Origin: Deltaproteobacteria bacterium
GTDB lineage: Bacteria; Myxococcota; Kuafuiibacteriia; Kuafuiibacteriales; Kuafuiibacteriaceae
Length of the DNA: 64,000 nucleotides
Reading direction: 5' to 3'
NCBI GenBank assembly: GCA_040218735.1
Contig: JAVJQW010000007.1
Location: 64,001-128,000, forward strand
Numbering within the stretch: the first letter of the stretch is position 1; every line of letters starts with the position of its first letter. The notes under the pieces are model-generated. The model saw only the letters and a program-made list of their open reading frames with translations. It was not told the DNA's origin and did not search any database. Of the stretch, positions 59,060 to 64,000 are shown piece after piece. The position numbers and the translations under genes were made by a program.

Positions 59060-60085
59060 TTGGGAGAGCTCGCCCGTCAGACCCTCCGCAGCCTCGTTGC
59101 GCCCCGCCGAGTCGTCGTCGCTCTTGCCGTCGTCGTCCCGATCGTCGCGGCGCAACGACGTGAGTTGGGATCGTCGGGTTGGGCGCTACCGCTGCTCGCA
59201 GCGACCGTCGTCGTGCTCCTCGTGCTGGCGCCCATCGCCTACCGCGAGCTCTTCGCGCTCGAACACCGTCGCGAGACGCTCGTGCTCCGCGTGCTGGCGT
59301 TCGGTCTCCTCGGGCTCGTCGCGCCGCTGGTGTTGAACGTGGTGCCGCTGCAGCTGGGCGTCGCTCCGTTCGTTTCGCGTACGCCGACGCTGCTGATCGC
59401 CGTCGCGATGTTCTGGGCGGCCGGCTACGCGCTCGGGCGCGACATCGACCTCGAGCGACGCTGGCAAGACGCGAGCGCGCGTGCGCTCGCTGCTTCGCGC
59501 ACCGCGGAAGACGCGCGGTTGCGTGCGCTGCGCGCCCAGCTCGACCCGCACTTCCTCTTCAACACGCTGAACGCGATCGCGGAGTGGTGCCGCGAGGACG
59601 CGCTCGTCGCCGAGCGCGCGCTGCTCAGCTTGTCGTCGCTCCTTCGGAAGGTGCTGTCGGGCGCGACCGAGGATCGTTGGCCGCTCACGTCGGAGCTCGA
59701 CGTCGTGCGCACGCTGTTCGAGATCCACCGGATCCGTGACCCGGAGAGCCTCGAGGTGCGCTGGTCGCTGCCGGAGGGGCTCGACGATCTCGTGGTTCCG
59801 CCGTTGTTGCTCCTCCCGGTCGCGGAGAACGCGATCACCCACGGACCGGGGCGCGGGCACGCGGGTGCGATCGACGTGTCCGTCGAGCGCGACGAGGAAC
59901 GCGTTCGCTTCGGGCTCGAGAACCCGGGCGCCTTCTCGGGGCGTCGGCCGGGTGGCCACGGGATCGACAACGTCGAACGCCGGCTCGCGGCGGCCTTCGG
60001 TGCCGATGCGTCATTCAAGGTCGGCGCCGCGGGACCGAACCGGACGCGGGCGGACCTCGTGTGGCCCGCGGAGGTGGCGTCGTGA
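59060..60085 (+). CDS. LytS/YehU-family sensor histidine kinase
   Basis: About four TMs; 'LRAQLDPHFLFNTLNAI', 'LLPVAENAITHG', 'GHGIDNV'; start uncertain. Confidence 0.9.
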   Translation: MGELARQTLRSLVAPRRVVVALAVVVPIVAAQRRELGSSGWALPLLAATVVVLLVLAPIAYRELFALEHRRETLVLRVLAFGLLGLVAPLVLNVVPLQLGVAPFVSRTPTLLIAVAMFWAAGYALGRDIDLERRWQDASARALAASRTAEDARLRALRAQLDPHFLFNTLNAIAEWCREDALVAERALLSLSSLLRKVLSGATEDRWPLTSELDVVRTLFEIHRIRDPESLEVRWSLPEGLDDLVVPPLLLLPVAENAITHGPGRGHAGAIDVSVERDEERVRFGLENPGAFSGRRPGGHGIDNVERRLAAAFGADASFKVGAAGPNRTRADLVWPAEVAS

Positions 60086-60804
60086 TGCGCGTACTGATCG
60101 TGGACGACGAGGCGATGGCGAGGCGGCGCCTGCGCCGTCTTCTCGACGCGAACCCGGACGTCGAGCTCGCGGGTGAGTGTCAGGACGGGGCGGAGGTTCC
60201 GCAGCGGGTCGCGGCGGGCGACGTCGATCTCGTGCTCCTCGACATCCAGATGCGACAGATGAGCGGCGTCGAGGTCATGGGCCTCTTACCGTCCAACGGG
60301 CCGCTGGTGGTCTTCGTCACCGCCCACCCCGAGCACGCGGTGTACGCGTTCGACGCCGGCGCCGTGGACTACGTCGTCAAACCGGTGGAGGCGGGCCGGC
60401 TGCAGAAGGCGCTGGGGCGGGCGCGCGAGCGCATCGCGGCGCGCGCGCTGCGCGGCGGAGAAGACGAGGCGCAGACGCTCCCGGACCGCCTCCTCGTGCC
60501 GACGCGAAACGGGCTCCGCATCATCGCGCCCGAGCAGGTCCGCTACGCGATCGTCGACGGGCAGACGGTGCTGCTCCACACCGACCAGGGCTCGTTCGTC
60601 ACCGACTTCCGCCTCGTGGCGCTCGAGGAACGGCTCGGGGCGCCGTTCGTTCGTGTGCATCGCCGGGTGCTCGCAAACGTGCACCACATCGTCGCGCTGG
60701 AGCCCGTGGGCGCCGGGGTCTACGTCGCGGAGCTGTCCGACGGACAGACGGTCCCGGTGTCGCGTCAGTCGGCGAAGATCCTCCGCGCCCGCTGGAGCCT
60801 GTAG
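60085..60804 (+). CDS. LytTR-family response regulator
   Basis: REC 'IVDDE...LLDIQM...FVTAH...YVVKP'; LytTR 'FVRVHRRVLAN', 'VPVSR'. Confidence 0.95.
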   Translation: MRVLIVDDEAMARRRLRRLLDANPDVELAGECQDGAEVPQRVAAGDVDLVLLDIQMRQMSGVEVMGLLPSNGPLVVFVTAHPEHAVYAFDAGAVDYVVKPVEAGRLQKALGRARERIAARALRGGEDEAQTLPDRLLVPTRNGLRIIAPEQVRYAIVDGQTVLLHTDQGSFVTDFRLVALEERLGAPFVRVHRRVLANVHHIVALEPVGAGVYVAELSDGQTVPVSRQSAKILRARWSL

Positions 60805-60823
60805 GCTCGGATGGATGGCTTCG

Positions 60824-63739
60824 ATGAGTGACGGCGCATCCTGGTATCACGACGTCCACGACCTGATCCCCTTCCGCGTTCGGGAGGTGCTCCTCGTCGC
60901 CTCCCCTTACGACGCGTTCACGCTCGAAGAGGACGCTGGCATCGCGGACCAGCTCCTCGAGCGCTACTCCGAGCTCCGACTCACCGCTTCCCCCCGCATC
61001 ACGTTCGTCGCGAGCGGGGCGCACGCGCTCGCGTTGATCGAGCAGCGGTCGTTCGACCTCGTCATCACCATGTCGCGCATCGGCGACGTGGAGGCGTGGT
61101 CGCTCGGACGGCGTATCAAGGCGATGGACCCCGAGCTCCCCGTGGTCCTGCTCGGGTTCCGCGAAGCCGAGTTCATGCGGATGCGCGAGGACGCCGACAT
61201 CTTCGACGGCGTGTTCGTCTGGACCGGCGACGCCGCGATCGTCCTCGCGATCATCAAGCTCGTCGAAGACGCGAAGAACGTCGCGCACGACACCGAGGCC
61301 GGGGCGGTGAGTGTCATCCTCGTCGTCGAGGACTCGGTGCGGCGCTACTCGTCGTTCCTGATGCTCTTCTACGAGGAGCTCCTCAAGCAGTCCGCGTCGC
61401 TCGTCGAGGAGGGCCTCAACCGTCGCCACAAGGTGATGCGCATGCGCGGGCGGCCGAAGATCCTCCTCGCGACCAGCTACGAGGACGCCGTCGAGTGCAT
61501 CGACCGCTACGCCGACCACCTCCTCGCGCTCGTCAGCGACGTGCGCTACAGCCGCGAAGGCGAGGAGGACTCGGAGGCCGGCTACCGCCTCGTCGAGTAC
61601 GCACGCGCGCGGATCTCGGAGCTCCCGGTGCTCCTGCAGTCGGCGGAGCGCGACGTCCAGGCCCGCGCGGAGGCGCTCGAGGCGTCCTGGGCCGACAAGA
61701 ACTCCACGGAGCTGTTGCGGCGCGTGTCGCAGTTCTTCCGCGAGTCGTTGGGGTTCGGGCCGTTCGTCTTTCGGCTCCCCGACCGCACGATCGTCGGGCA
61801 GGCGGCGAACGTCTACGAGATGGAGCAAGCGCTGTTGACGGCGCCCGAGGCGTCCATCGAGTTCCACGCGGCGCACCACCACTTCTCGCGCTGGTTACGT
61901 GCGCGCAACATGCTCCAGCTCGCGCGCCGCGTGCGCCCCGTGTCGATCGAATCGAGCGGCGGCGTCGACGCCTTTCGGCGTGACCTCCGCGAGATGCTGC
62001 GCGACGCGTACGCCGAGGAGAGCGCAGCGCTGATCACGGACTACTCCGAGCGCGAGGCGTGGTTCGACTCGCCCTTCCTGCGGCTCGGGAGCGGATCCAT
62101 CGGCGGCAAGGCGCGCGGCGTCGCGTTCCTCAACGCGTTGATCAAACGGCGCGGACTCTCGGAGCGCTTCGACGGGCTGCGCATTCGCACGCCGCGGACA
62201 ATCGCGATCGGGACCGACGTGTTCGATCGATTCATGGAGTCGAACGCGCTGTACCCGGTCGTCGCGGAGGCGTCGCAGTCGCAGATCGTGGAGCGCTTCC
62301 TTCACGGGCAGTTCGACGCGGAGCTGCTGACCGACCTGCGCTCGGTCCTGTCCGAGCTGCGCGGGCCGATCGCGGTGCGTTCGTCGAGCCTGCTCGAGGA
62401 CGCCCAGTTCCAGCCCTTCGCCGGCATCTACGAGACGTGCCTCCTCCCGAACGCCCACCCGAACCCGGCGGTGCGGTTCGAACACTTCCTCGCGGCGATC
62501 AAGCGGGTCTACGCGTCGACGTTCTCGACGAACGCACGCGCGTACCTCGAAGGCACGCCCTACGCGGTCGAGGAGGAGAAGATGGGTGTCGTCATCCAGG
62601 AGGTGGTCGGGCAGCGCTACGGGCCGCGCTTCTACCCGACGATCTCCGGCGTCGGCCTCTCGTACAACTACTACCCGGTCTCGGATCAGCGCGCGGAGGA
62701 GGGCCTCGTCATGCTCGCGCTCGGCCTGGGGCGCGCGGTCGTCTCGGGCGGGCGGGTGCTCCAGTTCTCGCCGAAGTCTCCCGGGCAGCTCCCGCAGTTC
62801 CCGTCGCCGCGCGACGCGCTCGCGCTGTCGCAGAAGAAGTTCTTCGCGATCGACATGGAGCAGACGGAGTTTCAGCCCGACCCCGAGGGCACGTTGGTGG
62901 AGCTGCCCATCGAGGACGCGGAGGCCGACGGGACGCTCGCGCTCGCCGCGAGTGTCTACGACGGCGCCAACGACATCCTCCGCGACAGCTTGCGCGACAA
63001 GGGCCCGCGCGTGATCACGTTCTCGAACCTCCTCAAGTGGAACGCGTTCCCGCTCGCGGAGGCGCTCGACGAGATCCTGAGCGCGACGCGCGACGGGATG
63101 GGCTCGCCGGTGGAGATCGAGTTTGCGGTGGACGTCCCGGAGGGGTGGTCACCGGAGCTCAACCTCCTGCAGGTCCGGCCGCAGGTGACCCACGCCAACA
63201 CCGACGAGGTCGAGACGCTCCCCGAGGAGGGCCTGTGGATTCGGTCCGCGCAGGCGCTCGGCAACGGGGTCGTGCGCGACCTGCGCGACGTCGTCTACGT
63301 ACGTCCCGGCGCGACGGTGGACCGCAACACGTCGCAGATCATCGCGGACCGCGTCGGCGCCCTCAATCGCGAGCTGTCCGAGCGCGGCTACGTCCTGGTG
63401 GGGCCCGGGCGGTGGGGGACCTCGGACACGAGCCTCGGCGTCGCGGTCGCGTGGGGGCAGATCTCGAACGCCAAGGTCATCGTCGAGACGCCGTTCGACG
63501 ATCGCTCCGTCGAGCCGTCGCAGGGGAGCCACTTCTTCCACAACATCGCGTCGCTCGGGATCGGCTACATCACGGTCGCCCGCCTCGACGACACCGCGCT
63601 GTACGACGTCGACTGGCTCGAAGCGCAGCCGGCCGTATACGAGGACGAGTACCTGCGCCACGTCGCGCTCGAAGGATCGTGCACCGCCTACCTCGACGGT
63701 AGACACTCGCGCGCAGCCGTGACGAAACACGACGCATGA
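60824..63739 (+). CDS. Receiver-like domains fused to a PEP/pyruvate-binding (PEP-synthase N-terminal, ATP-grasp) domain
   Basis: N-terminal 'VLLVASPYDAF', 'ILVVEDS', 'VSDVRY'; 'IGGKARG', 'AVRSSSLLED..QPFAGIY', 'MGVVIQEVVG', 'VEIEFA', 'LLQVRP', 'GPGRWG', 'QGSHFFHN'. Confidence 0.9.
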   Translation: MSDGASWYHDVHDLIPFRVREVLLVASPYDAFTLEEDAGIADQLLERYSELRLTASPRITFVASGAHALALIEQRSFDLVITMSRIGDVEAWSLGRRIKAMDPELPVVLLGFREAEFMRMREDADIFDGVFVWTGDAAIVLAIIKLVEDAKNVAHDTEAGAVSVILVVEDSVRRYSSFLMLFYEELLKQSASLVEEGLNRRHKVMRMRGRPKILLATSYEDAVECIDRYADHLLALVSDVRYSREGEEDSEAGYRLVEYARARISELPVLLQSAERDVQARAEALEASWADKNSTELLRRVSQFFRESLGFGPFVFRLPDRTIVGQAANVYEMEQALLTAPEASIEFHAAHHHFSRWLRARNMLQLARRVRPVSIESSGGVDAFRRDLREMLRDAYAEESAALITDYSEREAWFDSPFLRLGSGSIGGKARGVAFLNALIKRRGLSERFDGLRIRTPRTIAIGTDVFDRFMESNALYPVVAEASQSQIVERFLHGQFDAELLTDLRSVLSELRGPIAVRSSSLLEDAQFQPFAGIYETCLLPNAHPNPAVRFEHFLAAIKRVYASTFSTNARAYLEGTPYAVEEEKMGVVIQEVVGQRYGPRFYPTISGVGLSYNYYPVSDQRAEEGLVMLALGLGRAVVSGGRVLQFSPKSPGQLPQFPSPRDALALSQKKFFAIDMEQTEFQPDPEGTLVELPIEDAEADGTLALAASVYDGANDILRDSLRDKGPRVITFSNLLKWNAFPLAEALDEILSATRDGMGSPVEIEFAVDVPEGWSPELNLLQVRPQVTHANTDEVETLPEEGLWIRSAQALGNGVVRDLRDVVYVRPGATVDRNTSQIIADRVGALNRELSERGYVLVGPGRWGTSDTSLGVAVAWGQISNAKVIVETPFDDRSVEPSQGSHFFHNIASLGIGYITVARLDDTALYDVDWLEAQPAVYEDEYLRHVALEGSCTAYLDGRHSRAAVTKHDA

Positions 63740-64000
63740 CCAAGACGCTCGGGGAGAAGCTCGCGCGCCGCTGGCGCGATCCGAGCGCCGTCCTCTTCGA
63801 CGAGCTGTCGCCGTCCACCCGACGCGCGCGCGCGCTGTACTGGCTCGCGCAGGGCCGGCGTCGCTCCGGGGACGAACGCGCCGAAGCGTACCGACGCGCC
63901 GAGGCGGCGGACCCGACGTACGCCCGGCCCGCGACCTTCCTCGGGTACCACCTCCTGAAGTCGAACCCGCGCGAGGCCGCGGCGGCGTTCACGCGTTCGC
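63736..64000 (+). CDS. TPR-like protein, truncated at the right edge
   Basis: ATGA-coupled start; 'AEAYRRAEAADPTYARPATFLGYHLL' TPR-like. Confidence 0.6.
   Translation, partial: MTKTLGEKLARRWRDPSAVLFDELSPSTRRARALYWLAQGRRRSGDERAEAYRRAEAADPTYARPATFLGYHLLKSNPREAAAAFTRS

Noticed and set aside
60824-63739. Assigning the gene symbol ppsA or ppdK
   Set aside because: Lacks the C-terminal PEP-utilising barrel and carries receiver-like domains.

Overview
High-GC window with gene families typical of Myxococcota: Ser/Thr kinase, ECF/ZAS/caspase module, Cys-rich and Kelch lipoproteins, and a short OPX with a beta-barrel. It is densely coding, with about 48 CDS. I saw no rRNA, tRNA, CRISPR array or mobile element. 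In order: (1) a MarR(Cys4) gene divergent from a protoglobin and a GAF-like/nucleotidyltransferase fusion, with three operator palindromes between them; (2) a Ser/Thr kinase, a SMI1/KNR4-HEAT protein and a GH73-like peptidoglycan hydrolase, divergent from an ECF sigma / zinc anti-sigma / exported caspase-beta-barrel / lipoprotein operon, then a large Cys-rich lipoprotein; (3) hydrolases (S45 acylase, 5'-nucleotidase, phospholipase C), a sigma54-driven Gly/Lys-rich small protein and two DUF4139 proteins; (4) a Wzy-type exopolysaccharide locus of about 28 kb; (5) an orphan FliA/WhiG sigma, gdhA, a LytS/LytTR pair with its likely target, and a REC/PEP-synthase-like protein. The best novelty candidates are the caspase-ECF module, which shares a TGCCG-N13-ACGTGTCYAA promoter-like motif with the divergent cell-wall hydrolase gene, and the protoglobin/GAF-NTase/MarR unit. 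All family assignments come from reading motifs by eye; no searches were run.
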